NCBI GenBank assembly: GCA_031398005.1
Contig: JANNMO010000013.1
Location: 29,953-93,952 of the forward strand
Origin: Ferruginibacter sp.
GTDB taxonomy: Bacteria > Bacteroidota > Bacteroidia > Chitinophagales > Chitinophagaceae
Length of the DNA: 64,000 bases
Direction of reading: 5' to 3'
Below the pieces are notes generated by a model that saw nothing but the letters and a program-made list of their open reading frames with translations, was not told where the DNA came from and made no database searches. Both the position numbers and the translations under genes were made by a program. Of the stretch, positions 1 through 8,966 are shown piece after piece (within the stretch, counting starts at the first letter, position 1; the number at the start of each line of letters is the position of its first letter).

Positions 1-1032
1 CAGCATCCCTTTTTTAATGGCAGCTTTTGCCATGTCTTCTATAGTATTATTTCCATCGCTCCAGTTACTATGGCAATGTATTAAGCCTTTTACGTCATTG
101 GGCTGTAAATGAGCTGTAAAGGGTTCATCTAGTGTAATAACTTCTTCATTCTCCCTTAAAAACGCAGGAATAATTGGAAGTTTTCTAATAGTAAAGTATT
201 CTTCTTCAGATCTAGCTGGTATGTCAGTATTAAAATCAGTTTTAATTTTTGTAAAAAAATGTTCTGAAGACGATGTTTCAATAAATTTTTCTATAACGTT
301 TTCTGTAACGCCATATAATTTCACTTTTACACCAATGACTGTTTTATATAAAATATAATCTTTTCCTTTTTCTAAAAACGCTAAACCTTGTTGTGTTGTT
401 AAATTTTTTTCTATATGGTCAATATCATTTTCAACAATGTATTCCAGCACTGTTATTATTTCCATTTGCCTCAAAAATTCTCCAGTTAATAAAACCCTTT
501 TTGCAGGAAATTTTTGTTGTAAAAAAAGTAAAAATTGTTCAGCTCCATAAATTAGTTGAGCGTATAAAAAACTACCCTTGTTTCTAAAATAAAATTCTAT
601 GTTTTCTATAACAGTTAATTGAGTTTTTTCTCCAAACCCTTTAAAAAGTTTAAGCCTGTTTTCTTTGCATGCATACAATAATTCACCTACACTTTCCAGT
701 TGCATTTCTTTCCAAATAGTATGTATTTTTTTAGGGCCTATTCCTTTTATTTTTAGCATCTCAACAACACCTTGTGGAGTAGAAAAAATAATTTCTTCCA
801 GTTGATTTAATTTGCCTGTTTTTAATAATTCTTGTATTTTTTTTGCAGATGATGCACCAACACCTTTTAAACTTTCAATTTCATTTACAGGAATTTCTTC
901 TAATTGAACAGGTAATTTTTCAATTGCAAATGCAGCAGATGCATAAGATTTTGCTTTAAAACTATTCTCTCCATGTATGTCCATTAGTTTTGCAAGCATC
1001 GAAAATGAATCTGCTATTGCTGAATTATTCAT
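1..1032 (-). CDS. DNA polymerase X family protein (HhH + PHP), N-terminal ~344 codons; 3' end lies beyond the window start
   Basis: Absent from the ORF track because it is open at the window edge. My translation from the ATG at 1032..1030 reads MNNSAIADSFSMLAKLMDIHGENSFKAKSYASAAFAIEKLPVQLEEIPVNEIESLKGVGASSAKKIQELLKTGKLNQLEEIIFSTPQGVVEMLKIKGIGPKKIHTIWKEMQLESVGELLYACKENRLKLFKGFGEKTQ... The frame is still open at base 1 (...EDMAKAAIKKGML, typical start of a PHP domain). Confidence 0.75.
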   Translation of the reverse strand, partial: MNNSAIADSFSMLAKLMDIHGENSFKAKSYASAAFAIEKLPVQLEEIPVNEIESLKGVGASSAKKIQELLKTGKLNQLEEIIFSTPQGVVEMLKIKGIGPKKIHTIWKEMQLESVGELLYACKENRLKLFKGFGEKTQLTVIENIEFYFRNKGSFLYAQLIYGAEQFLLFLQQKFPAKRVLLTGEFLRQMEIITVLEYIVENDIDHIEKNLTTQQGLAFLEKGKDYILYKTVIGVKVKLYGVTENVIEKFIETSSSEHFFTKIKTDFNTDIPARSEEEYFTIRKLPIIPAFLRENEEVITLDEPFTAHLQPNDVKGLIHCHSNWSDGNNTIEDMAKAAIKKGML

Positions 1033-1244
1033 ACTGTTTAAAATTATTATTTCGAAAGTTTGAAGTTACAAATTTATGAGGCTGCCAATAAATACGTCTC
1101 TATTATTTTATTTGTTTAACAGTACATATCCATTTTATTTCTTTTAAGAAAAGTATACATAAAAAATTATTAAGGATGTAAACTTCCAGATATTTAATAT
1201 AGGAGTATTGGCTGTAAGTACTGCCAACATTGACTTATAGGGGA

Positions 1245-1273
1245 ATAAAAAAAGTCCCGCAAGAATGCGGGAC
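1245..1273 (-). terminator. Rho-independent terminator after the H1-like ORF / rplU-rpmA unit
   Basis: GTCCCGCA-agaa-TGCGGGAC (1254..1273), an 8-bp perfect stem. It is followed on the minus strand by a run of 7 T (1247..1253). Confidence 0.8.
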
Positions 1274-1306
1274 CATGAATTGTAGGATTTTTAAAGCAGG
1301 TCTTTA

Positions 1307-1441
1307 TTACTTTTTTCCCGCTGCTTTTTTTGCAGGAGCCGCTTTTTTAGGAGCTGCTTTTTTTGCAGGTGCTGCCTTTTTAGCTGGTGCTGCTTTTTTT
1401 GCTGCAGCTTTTTTAGGAGCTGCTTTTTTTGCTGTTGCCAT
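1307..1441 (-). CDS. Small lysine/alanine/proline-rich basic protein (histone H1-like), 44 aa
   Basis: Below the 60-aa cutoff of the track. My translation: MATAKKAAPKKAAAKKAAPAKKAAPAKKAAPKKAAPAKKAAGKK*, with ATG at 1441..1439 and TAA at 1309..1307. It has its own terminator 35 nt downstream. The track ORF 1230..1472 (+) is its mirror image. Confidence 0.6.
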   Translation of the reverse strand: MATAKKAAPKKAAAKKAAPAKKAAPAKKAAPKKAAPAKKAAGKK

Positions 1442-1523
1442 TTTTTTGAATTTAATTATGGTTAGTAAATAATACTTAAAAATAAATACTATTTTGATAT
1501 TACCAAAAAAAAATTAAAAAAAA

Positions 1524-1790
1524 CTAAGCTGTTGCTTCTACAGCACTTACAGATACGTATGTTTTATCTGCTTTTGTTTTTCTAAATTCTACCATTCCAT
1601 CGGTTAATGCGAAGATGGTAAAATCTCTACCAAGACCAACATTTTTTCCGGGGTGATATTGTGTACCACGCTGGCGAAGAATGATGTTTCCTGCAATAGC
1701 TGGTTGGCCACCAAAAATTTTTACGCCTAATCTTTTACTTTGTGAATCACGACCGTTTTTTACGGAACCTTCACCTTTTTTATGTGCCAT
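1524..1790 (-). CDS. rpmA: 50S ribosomal protein L27
   Basis: [29 protein letters not shown]...; 88 aa, canonical L27 N-terminus, directly downstream of L21. Confidence 0.95.
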   Translation of the reverse strand: MAHKKGEGSVKNGRDSQSKRLGVKIFGGQPAIAGNIILRQRGTQYHPGKNVGLGRDFTIFALTDGMVEFRKTKADKTYVSVSAVEATA

Positions 1791-1873
1791 TTTTAATTAG
1801 TTTTTTAGTTATTAGTTTTATCAGTTATTAGCTTTTTTTTGATAGGATTTTTACCCACCAACTAATCAACTAA

Positions 1874-2179
1874 CTACGCTATTGCAGTTACTTTTAATTG
1901 TGTGTACTGCGTACGATGTCCGTGCTTTTTACGGAAACCTTTTCTTCTTTTCATTTTAAAGGCAATTACTTTTTTGCCCTTTACTAAGTCATTTACAATC
2001 TCTGCAGTTACTATAGCTTTTACACCTGCTCCACTTAAAACGTCGTTGCCGTTTTGTGTAAACAATACATCAGAAAATTCAACTGAATCTCCTGCTTTAC
2101 CCTCAATATGAGGAACGTACAGGCTATCACCTGCTTTTACTTTAAATTGCTGACCTGCTATTTTTACAATTGCTAACAT
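1874..2179 (-). CDS. rplU: 50S ribosomal protein L21
   Basis: MLAIVKIAGQQFKVKAGDSLYVPH...KRRKGFRKKHGHRTQYTQLKV; 101 aa, in the classic rplU-rpmA order. Confidence 0.95.
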   Translation of the reverse strand: MLAIVKIAGQQFKVKAGDSLYVPHIEGKAGDSVEFSDVLFTQNGNDVLSGAGVKAIVTAEIVNDLVKGKKVIAFKMKRRKGFRKKHGHRTQYTQLKVTAIA

Positions 2180-2357
2180 ATCGAATCCAAATTTAGGACT
2201 GCAAAAGTAAGATATTTTAACTAAAATAATAGAACTTTTACAACTTTATTCTTACCTATTACCAAATATTGCTTAAAAATGTATTTATATTATTAATAAT
2301 CAACATTTTAATAGATAAATGAACTCAAATTTCAGTATCTGTTATTACATATATATA

Positions 2358-2840
2358 TCATACAATTATGAGTGCCATTAAAACTTCATTAATATATGTA
2401 TTCTCTTTTTTTAAGTAGGTGTATTTTTCAAGTACTCCTTCTTCTTTAAAGCCCATTCTTTTATATAGTTCTCTAGCTCGAACGTTTTGCTCACCCACAC
2501 TTAATTCTAATCGTACCAGTTTTCTTTCTTTTGCTATATTAATAATGGTTTGCATCATTTGCATGCCGTAACCTTTACCCGCATGTATAGCATCAATTAC
2601 TACACTACCTATGTAGGCAATGTGCCCACTTCTATAGGTGTATGGAATTAATTTAAACATACCCACATCCTTGCCATCCATTTGAAATAGGTACAATATA
2701 TTTTGAGATACCAAATCTTTAAATATTGGGTGGAATTCTTCTTCCGTCATTGGCTCATACAATAAATGAGGATTTGAAGTAGGGTGCATATATAAATAAT
2801 ACACAAAATTAAAATCCTCTATCTGGGCAATTCTAAACAT
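2358..2840 (-). CDS. GNAT family N-acetyltransferase
   Basis: 160 aa; acetyl-CoA motif region VVIDAIHAGKGYGMQMMQTIINIAKE and C-terminal YKRMGFKEEG. Confidence 0.75.
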   Translation of the reverse strand: MFRIAQIEDFNFVYYLYMHPTSNPHLLYEPMTEEEFHPIFKDLVSQNILYLFQMDGKDVGMFKLIPYTYRSGHIAYIGSVVIDAIHAGKGYGMQMMQTIINIAKERKLVRLELSVGEQNVRARELYKRMGFKEEGVLEKYTYLKKENTYINEVLMALIIV

Positions 2841-2893
2841 AATGTAAAATTATACTTTAAGTGATTGGAAAAAAATTTTAAACTTTGTAACTA

Positions 2894-3676
2894 GTGTCAA
2901 TGATAGCTAATGAACGCTTGGGTAAAATAAATCGTACATTAAATAGAACGATGAATAATTTGAACCATACTATTAAATACATGCTAGTTTCAATGTTGTT
3001 ATTAATTACAACATTGTGCTCCTGTTCTAAAAAAACGGCAGCAACCATTGGTTCTACGCAGGATATTAATGTATCTAAAAAAATATTGGCTTTAGGAGAT
3101 AGTTATACAATTGGCCAATCAGTAAATGAAGATGACAGATTTATAAATAAAACCATTTCTATTTTAAAAAGTAATAATAAAAATGTGCAATATCCTGCTC
3201 AAATTATTGCGCAAACCGGTTGGACAACTAAAAACCTTTTAGATGCTATTGCTGCAAATGCCAATAACCTTACAGCTCCGTACGATATAGTAACATTACT
3301 TATTGGTGTAAATAATCAATACCAACAGTTGGATACCGCTGTTTATAGAAATGAGTTTACGTTGTGTCTTCAAAAAGCAATAATGCTATCTGGTAACCGC
3401 AAAGAGCGGGTTTTTGTTTTAAGTATTCCAGATTATGGCGCTACTCCATTTGGCGCAGGCAATGCAACGCAAATAGGTTTAGAAATTGATTGGTTTAATA
3501 ATATAAATAAACAAGTAGCATTACAGATGGGCATCTCTTACACAGATATTACTCCATCATCTCGAATGGCAAGTTCAGATATTACTTTGGTGGCAAGCGA
3601 TGGGTTACATCCGTCAGGTAAAGAATATTTAAAATGGGTAAATATGCTTGTGCCAAAAATGTTACCCCTGCTATAA
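2894..3676 (+). CDS. SGNH/GDSL hydrolase family lipoprotein
   Basis: GDS block ILALGDSYTIGQS and C-terminal DGLHPS block. The signal/lipobox-like LLLITTLCSC suggests the true start is an internal ATG (2951 or 2981). Confidence 0.75.
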   Translation: MSMIANERLGKINRTLNRTMNNLNHTIKYMLVSMLLLITTLCSCSKKTAATIGSTQDINVSKKILALGDSYTIGQSVNEDDRFINKTISILKSNNKNVQYPAQIIAQTGWTTKNLLDAIAANANNLTAPYDIVTLLIGVNNQYQQLDTAVYRNEFTLCLQKAIMLSGNRKERVFVLSIPDYGATPFGAGNATQIGLEIDWFNNINKQVALQMGISYTDITPSSRMASSDITLVASDGLHPSGKEYLKWVNMLVPKMLPLL

Positions 3677-3680
3677 CAAT

Positions 3681-3711
3681 AAAAAAATCGCCAACAATTG
3701 ATTGTTGGCGA
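3681..3711 (-). terminator. Hairpin terminator between convergent genes (best tail on minus strand)
   Basis: TCGCCAACA-attgat-TGTTGGCGA, a 9-bp stem at 3688..3711, with a 7-nt T run on the minus strand (3681..3687). Lies 65 nt downstream of the DUF1573 stop. Confidence 0.65.
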
Positions 3712-3775
3712 AAACTGTAAACCTCCAAAATTTATTTAGAAATAGCAACTTTTAAAATTTTAGCTTCTCTAAAAA

Positions 3776-4189
3776 CTAAATAACTGTTCCTTTAAAATTT
3801 AAAACCTTCGCATCTTCTCCTTCTATTGTTACAGTAATGTTTTTTATAAATGCACCCTTTGCAGCTGCATTAAAAGTTGCGGTTATTATAGCTGATTTTC
3901 CTGCAGCAATAGGCGTTTTAGGATAGTCTGCCACTGTACAGCCACATGATGCCTGGGCATTGGTTACAATAACTGCAGCATTGCTTGTATTGGTAAATTC
4001 ATATTCAATGGTTACTGGTTTGCTTTGTGGTATTTCTCCAAGGTCAATAGATTCTGCTTTCCACTTTACCGATGATAAAACGCTGCTTGCCGAAATGCCA
4101 TTTAATTTTTTAACGGCTGTTTCCACTGGTTTAAATGACATAAAAGAAACGGCCAAAATAAATACTGATGTTAGTTTTAATAATTTCAT
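3776..4189 (-). CDS. DUF1573 domain-containing protein (secreted)
   Basis: Signal peptide MKLLKLTSVFILAVSF from the ATG at 4189; characteristic SCGCTV motif; small Ig-like size typical of DUF1573. Confidence 0.7.
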   Translation of the reverse strand: MKLLKLTSVFILAVSFMSFKPVETAVKKLNGISASSVLSSVKWKAESIDLGEIPQSKPVTIEYEFTNTSNAAVIVTNAQASCGCTVADYPKTPIAAGKSAIITATFNAAAKGAFIKNITVTIEGEDAKVLNFKGTVI

Positions 4190-4379
4190 GATAATTGTTT
4201 TTTTAGTTAAAAATGATTTGGTTAAGCTTGCAAGCAATTAACGTTGTAAAAATAATTACACAATAATCTAACCGCTGTTAACGATTGTTGAATAGTTGTT
4301 AACGATTGCTCAATGTTTGTTAACGAAACTTAAACGGAAAAGTTTTCGTTTAAAAATTAGCGTAAACTTGTACTTGCTA

Positions 4380-5648
4380 ATGACAATAAACAAACTAAAT
4401 ATTGCCCTGCTTTTGGGGGTAGTCGTTATTGTAGGTATAATGATTTTACAGTTTTTTCTGTTACGCCAGGCTGTGCAATATGAAGAAAAAAAGTTTGCCC
4501 AAAAAGTGCATGTGGCATTAATGGAAGTTTCTCAAAAATTAAATATTGATGGCAAAACAGCATTCGCTCAAACAAATCCGATTGATAAAGTTAAAAGCGA
4601 CTTTTACATCGTTATTGTAAACAGTAAGTTTGAAGCCAAATCATTGGATTACTACCTAAAAAATGAATTGGAAAAATTTGACCTGATAACTGATTTTGAG
4701 TATGCCATGTACGATTGTATAAAGGAGCAAATGAAATATGGATCTTATGTATCTTTTGCAAATAATGTACATAAAAAACAGACTGCATTCTTACCGGTTC
4801 AAAATAACTCAGCATATTATTTTAGTGTTTACTTTCCTCAAATGAACAAATACATTTACAAAGAATTAAAGATTTGGATCATTTTTTCTTTTGTGATGTT
4901 CGTTGTTTTATTACTGTATGGATACTCCGCCTTTACTATTCTGCAGCAAAAAAAATACAGTGAGTTGCAAAAAGATTTTATAAATAACATGACGCATGAG
5001 TTTAAAACCCCCATTTCATCTATTTTAATTGCCTCCAATTTTTTAGCTAAACAAAATAATATTATTGCAGATGAAAAGCTAAAAAAATATACTGATATTG
5101 TTGTGCAGCAAACTGGTAAACTAAATATGCATGTAGAAAAAATATTGCATCTTGCTAAAACCGATAATAAATCTTTAGCACTACAAAAAACCAACATAGA
5201 TATTGTACAAGCCATTAATACTGTAGTGGAAAATTTAAAATTAAAAAACCCTGATGTTGTTATTGTAATGAACACACCGGCATCTTGTTTTTTGATGGCA
5301 GATGAATTTCATTTTTCTAACCTTGTGTATAATTTGCTGGATAATGCAGTAAAATATGCAACGGCAAGTTTGACAATAAATATAAATATTACCCAAGCAA
5401 ATAAAAATATTTTATTAAGTATAGCAGATAATGGAATTGGCATTCCAGCAAAATATTTAAACAATGTTTTTGAAAAGTTTTACAGAGTTCCCAATATTAA
5501 AAGCAATGAAGTAAATGGGTTTGGTTTAGGTTTATTTTATGTAAATAGAATTTGCCGAGAACATAAGTGGACACTCAGTTTAAGCAGCACCGAAAATAAA
5601 GGGACAACCGTTAATATTACAATACCTGCACATGAGCAAAAAGTATAA
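4380..5648 (+). CDS. Sensor histidine kinase (HisKA + HATPase_c)
   Basis: H-box FINNMTHEFKTPISSI, N-box LVYNLLDNAVKYA, G-boxes DNGIGI and GFGLGL. Two TM segments. Start taken at ATG 4380 (MTINKLNIALLLG). Confidence 0.9.
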   Translation: MTINKLNIALLLGVVVIVGIMILQFFLLRQAVQYEEKKFAQKVHVALMEVSQKLNIDGKTAFAQTNPIDKVKSDFYIVIVNSKFEAKSLDYYLKNELEKFDLITDFEYAMYDCIKEQMKYGSYVSFANNVHKKQTAFLPVQNNSAYYFSVYFPQMNKYIYKELKIWIIFSFVMFVVLLLYGYSAFTILQQKKYSELQKDFINNMTHEFKTPISSILIASNFLAKQNNIIADEKLKKYTDIVVQQTGKLNMHVEKILHLAKTDNKSLALQKTNIDIVQAINTVVENLKLKNPDVVIVMNTPASCFLMADEFHFSNLVYNLLDNAVKYATASLTININITQANKNILLSIADNGIGIPAKYLNNVFEKFYRVPNIKSNEVNGFGLGLFYVNRICREHKWTLSLSSTENKGTTVNITIPAHEQKV

Positions 5649-6321
5649 AGTATTTTATGTAGAAGATGATGAAACGCTGGCTTTTCTTACAAAAGACAGT
5701 TTGGAAATGAATCATTTTATGGTAACACATTTTGCTAAGGGAGATGAAGCATTAGAAAACTTTGCTAATAATGAATATGATATTTGTGTGCTGGATATTA
5801 TGGTTCCTAAAAAGGATGGTTTTGAAATAGCCGCTGCAATAAGAGCCATCAATAATGAAATACCTATTATTTTTCTGTCTGCAAAAACAATGAAAGAAGA
5901 TAGGATTAAAGGATTGAAAATAGGAGCAGATGATTATTTAGTAAAACCGTTTAGCATAGAAGAATTGGTATTGAAAATAGATATTTTTTTGCAGCGGAGC
6001 AGAAAGAATGTAGCAGAGAAAAAATACCTTCAGGTTGGCAAATATAAATTTGATACGCAAAATTATGCATTGATTTTTGGCGATAAAACAACATCGCTTA
6101 CTCAAAGAGAAACCGATTTATTAAAACTGTTTATACAAAACCCAAACAGGGTTTTAAAAAGAGAAGAAATATTGAAATCGCTCTGGGGAACTGATGATTA
6201 TTTTATGGGAAGAAGTTTGGATGTATTTATATCTCGCCTGAGAAAAATACTGGCGAATGATAAAAATATTATTATAGAAAATTTGCACAGTATTGGATTT
6301 AAATATTCTGACAGATCATAG
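5632..6321 (+). CDS. Response regulator, OmpR/PhoB-type winged-helix
   Basis: Receiver motifs (DD at YVEDDE, D in VLDIMVPKKDG, K in VKPF) and a C-terminal LTQRETDLLKLF...FISRLRKIL wHTH. Overlaps the kinase stop by 17 nt. Confidence 0.9.
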   Translation: MSKKYKVFYVEDDETLAFLTKDSLEMNHFMVTHFAKGDEALENFANNEYDICVLDIMVPKKDGFEIAAAIRAINNEIPIIFLSAKTMKEDRIKGLKIGADDYLVKPFSIEELVLKIDIFLQRSRKNVAEKKYLQVGKYKFDTQNYALIFGDKTTSLTQRETDLLKLFIQNPNRVLKREEILKSLWGTDDYFMGRSLDVFISRLRKILANDKNIIIENLHSIGFKYSDRS

Positions 6322-6422
6322 AAATTTCACCGCAGAGAACAAGGGTTAAGAAGTTTTCGCAGAGATTGTTTTTACGCTGCGTAAACACATTTGACTATGC
6401 AGCTCTGCGGTTAAAATAAAAA

Positions 6423-6797
6423 TTAAATAGTGGGGGATCTTTTCAATCTATGATAATACACATAAGAAACTATTAATACCCCTAAAACTATCAAAGGAAA
6501 AAAGGTCATGCCAGATAAGCCATCTACAGCCCAAATACTCACAAATGCAGGAATAAAGTCAATAGCAAATCCTGCATAAGCCCACTCTTTCACCCTTGCC
6601 GGTATTTGAGGGATAATTAAAGCAAGCGCTCCCAATATTTTAAAAACGGTAAGCATCACTCCAAAATATGCAGGGTAACCTAAATGCCTGATACCTTCCT
6701 TTGCCATTTCTGTTTGAGAGGTGAAAGCTGGCATTACACCTTCAAATAAAAAAATTAATGTGGTAGAAATCCAAAAAATAATTTTTGCTGTTTTCAT
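6423..6797 (-). CDS. DoxX family membrane protein
   Basis: 124 aa with four hydrophobic helices; sequence style matches DoxX (FKILGALALIIPQ). Confidence 0.6.
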   Translation of the reverse strand: MKTAKIIFWISTTLIFLFEGVMPAFTSQTEMAKEGIRHLGYPAYFGVMLTVFKILGALALIIPQIPARVKEWAYAGFAIDFIPAFVSIWAVDGLSGMTFFPLIVLGVLIVSYVYYHRLKRSPTI

Positions 6798-6823
6798 GTT
6801 GCTAAGTTTTTTGATTGTAAATA

Positions 6824-7243
6824 TTAAGAAGTAGTTGCTTTATTAAAATTAAGGAGCCAGTGGTTTCCGTATCTATCTGTAAAGTCGCCCATTAGTGATC
6901 CGAAAAATGTATTTTCCAATGGATGATTTATTTCACCACCGGCAGAAAGTTTTTTAAAATAATTTTTTATTTCTTTTTCACTGCTGCAGGCTAGCATGAG
7001 CGAAACTGCATTACCTTTTAAAATTCCTTTTTCAGGTACCATGTCTGAACCCATTAAAACCAATGCACCTTTTGTAAGACTTGCATGTAAAATGCATTCT
7101 TTCATATGTGTAGGCATTTTATTTGCCAATGGAGATTCTCCTACTTTTTGCACTTCCAATTTACCACCAATACAATCTGCATAAAACGTCATTGCTTCCA
7201 GGCAATTGCCGGAAAATGTTAGGTATGAATTTATTGCTGTCAT
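6824..7243 (-). CDS. VOC (glyoxalase/PhnB-like) family protein
   Basis: INSYLTFSGNCLEAMTFYADCIGG...ILHASL...LMGSD...YGNHWLLN; PhnB/YjdN-like pattern. Confidence 0.7.
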   Translation of the reverse strand: MTAINSYLTFSGNCLEAMTFYADCIGGKLEVQKVGESPLANKMPTHMKECILHASLTKGALVLMGSDMVPEKGILKGNAVSLMLACSSEKEIKNYFKKLSAGGEINHPLENTFFGSLMGDFTDRYGNHWLLNFNKATTS

Positions 7244-7614
7244 TTCTTTTTGCTTTTCTCTTTCAATATATTTTCTTTCATTCTGGCTTTTACAATTGCT
7301 TTTATTAATGCAATGGGCAAAGGTTTTTGAGGCGTAAAATGAATACTCCCTTTTGTAGTTACAAACCCCTTAAGTAAAGGTTCCATTTCTTTTACGATAG
7401 ATGCATTGCCACCAAAAAGACTACAGTGATTTTTAAATGCAGCAAAGTAAACGAGCATGCCATGATATTTAAATGCGGGCATATTATAACTGATCATTTC
7501 CACAGCTTCGGGTGCAGTTTTTTTTATTGCCTGTCTAAGTCTTTCTAAAGTTGCCGCTACATCTGGCGTAAGTGTGGCGAGATAAGCATCAATATCTTTT
7601 ACGGCTGTTTTCAT
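7240..7614 (-). CDS. DUF1801 (YdhG-like) domain protein
   Basis: IDAYLATLTPDVAATLERLRQAIKKTAPEAVEMISYNMPAFKYHG... is typical of DUF1801. 4-nt overlap with the downstream gene. Confidence 0.7.
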   Translation of the reverse strand: MKTAVKDIDAYLATLTPDVAATLERLRQAIKKTAPEAVEMISYNMPAFKYHGMLVYFAAFKNHCSLFGGNASIVKEMEPLLKGFVTTKGSIHFTPQKPLPIALIKAIVKARMKENILKEKSKKK

Positions 7615-7646
7615 TTTGCCATTATTTAAATGAGTAGGTTATTAAT

Positions 7647-8009
7647 TTATATTTTTAAATCTATACAGTAAGAAGTTATTTCTTTCAGTTGCATTTCTTC
7701 AAACCTATATACATCGCAATATTCTACTTTTCCTGCTAATTTCTTTTCATTTACATATTCACAAAAACCGGTTATGGCAACAGAATTTTTATCTTCAATA
7801 ATTAATAAATTATTTAAGACTGTTACGCCAATTTCTATTTCCATTTTGTTGCAATAGTCAATCACGTTTTGTTTTCCTGTTATCTTTTTATCGCCTATTA
7901 TATTCCAACAAATATCATCTGCAAAAAATGAATATGTTTCATTAAATTTCCTTTCGAAAATGTTTCGCTTATTTCTCTGATAGTTGCCATGATTAATTAT
8001 TTTCGGCAT
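7647..8009 (-). CDS. NTF2/SnoaL-like fold protein (hypothetical)
   Basis: 120 aa; size and alternating pattern fit an NTF2-like fold; no catalytic motif recognised. Confidence 0.4.
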   Translation of the reverse strand: MPKIINHGNYQRNKRNIFERKFNETYSFFADDICWNIIGDKKITGKQNVIDYCNKMEIEIGVTVLNNLLIIEDKNSVAITGFCEYVNEKKLAGKVEYCDVYRFEEMQLKEITSYCIDLKI

Positions 8010-8835
8010 AAGTTTTAAAATTATTTAAAATTGCTTGCCAGCCTTGTTGCTGCATTTCCTGTGCGTTTTCTTTTTCTGGTTCAAAGCTTTGAGTAATTTT
8101 TGTTGAATCACCCAAGTTTTCAAAATGAATATTTACTTTTCTACTATCTCCCAGTGTGTAAGCAATATCTTCTAAGTTTTTTATGTGCGTATAATGCCCA
8201 CAAAAGTCAAAACCCATACTGCCGTCTTTTGCCTCCATACGACTGTTAAAGTTGCCGCCAATTTTTAAATCATTTTCTGCTTTTGTTGTGTGCCAATCTT
8301 CTGAAGCATTGTTCCATTTAGTGATGTGCTCAGGTTTTGTAAAATACTCCCAAACTTTTTCTACTGTTGCGTTTACTGTTGTATGAATGATAATACATTC
8401 TTTATTAAAATTATCTGTTTGTTTAGGCATTTTACTCATATCCATATGTAATACATTCCAACGGTGCCCATCCAAATCTGCAAAACCACATCCATACATC
8501 CATCCATCTTTTTCGCCGGGTTTTGTAAATAAGTTACCACCTGCATCTGCAGCTTTTTTTGCAAGCTCATCTACTTCTTCTTTGCTTTCCGCATCAATGG
8601 AAATTAACATTTGGGTACCGGTATTTGTATCTGAAATTTCATGCTGTGTAAATGATTTAAACATAGCTTCGGGAAAAAGCATTAATGCCATTTTCTTTTC
8701 ACCAATTATAAAACAAGCATTGTCATCGGTGTCTCCATGTGTAGTATTTTGAGTAAACCCAAGTACTTTAAAAAACACTTTGGATTTTGCAATATTTTTT
8801 ACGGGAAGATTAAGCCATAATTCTTTCGTAGCCAT
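7993..8835 (-). CDS. Fusion of VOC/glyoxalase-like domain and SRPBCC (AHSA1/Aha1-like) domain
   Basis: N-terminal WLNLPVKNIAKSKVFFKVLGF...DLDGHRWNV (VOC). C-terminal VNATVEKVWEYFTKPEHITKWN...QQGWQAILNNFKTYAE (SRPBCC). Confidence 0.7.
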   Translation of the reverse strand: MATKELWLNLPVKNIAKSKVFFKVLGFTQNTTHGDTDDNACFIIGEKKMALMLFPEAMFKSFTQHEISDTNTGTQMLISIDAESKEEVDELAKKAADAGGNLFTKPGEKDGWMYGCGFADLDGHRWNVLHMDMSKMPKQTDNFNKECIIIHTTVNATVEKVWEYFTKPEHITKWNNASEDWHTTKAENDLKIGGNFNSRMEAKDGSMGFDFCGHYTHIKNLEDIAYTLGDSRKVNIHFENLGDSTKITQSFEPEKENAQEMQQQGWQAILNNFKTYAENN

Positions 8836-8966
8836 GATGTATATTTTTAGTAATTAAAATTGTTGGTTTCTTAAGACAAAGATGAGTAGATAAATAGAAT
8901 ATCCATATGGGCAAATTTGACATTTATAGGGTTGATTGCGTCAGTTAAATTATTTATCTTCATTGC

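Noticed and set aside
393-587. 64-aa + strand ORF
   Set aside because: It lies antisense inside the clearly coding PolX frame (HhH and PHP motifs on the minus strand).
1230-1472. 80-aa + strand ORF (FFAGAAFLGAAFFAG...)
   Set aside because: It is the reverse-complement shadow of the A/K-rich H1-like ORF. It has no start context, and the terminator is oriented for the minus strand.
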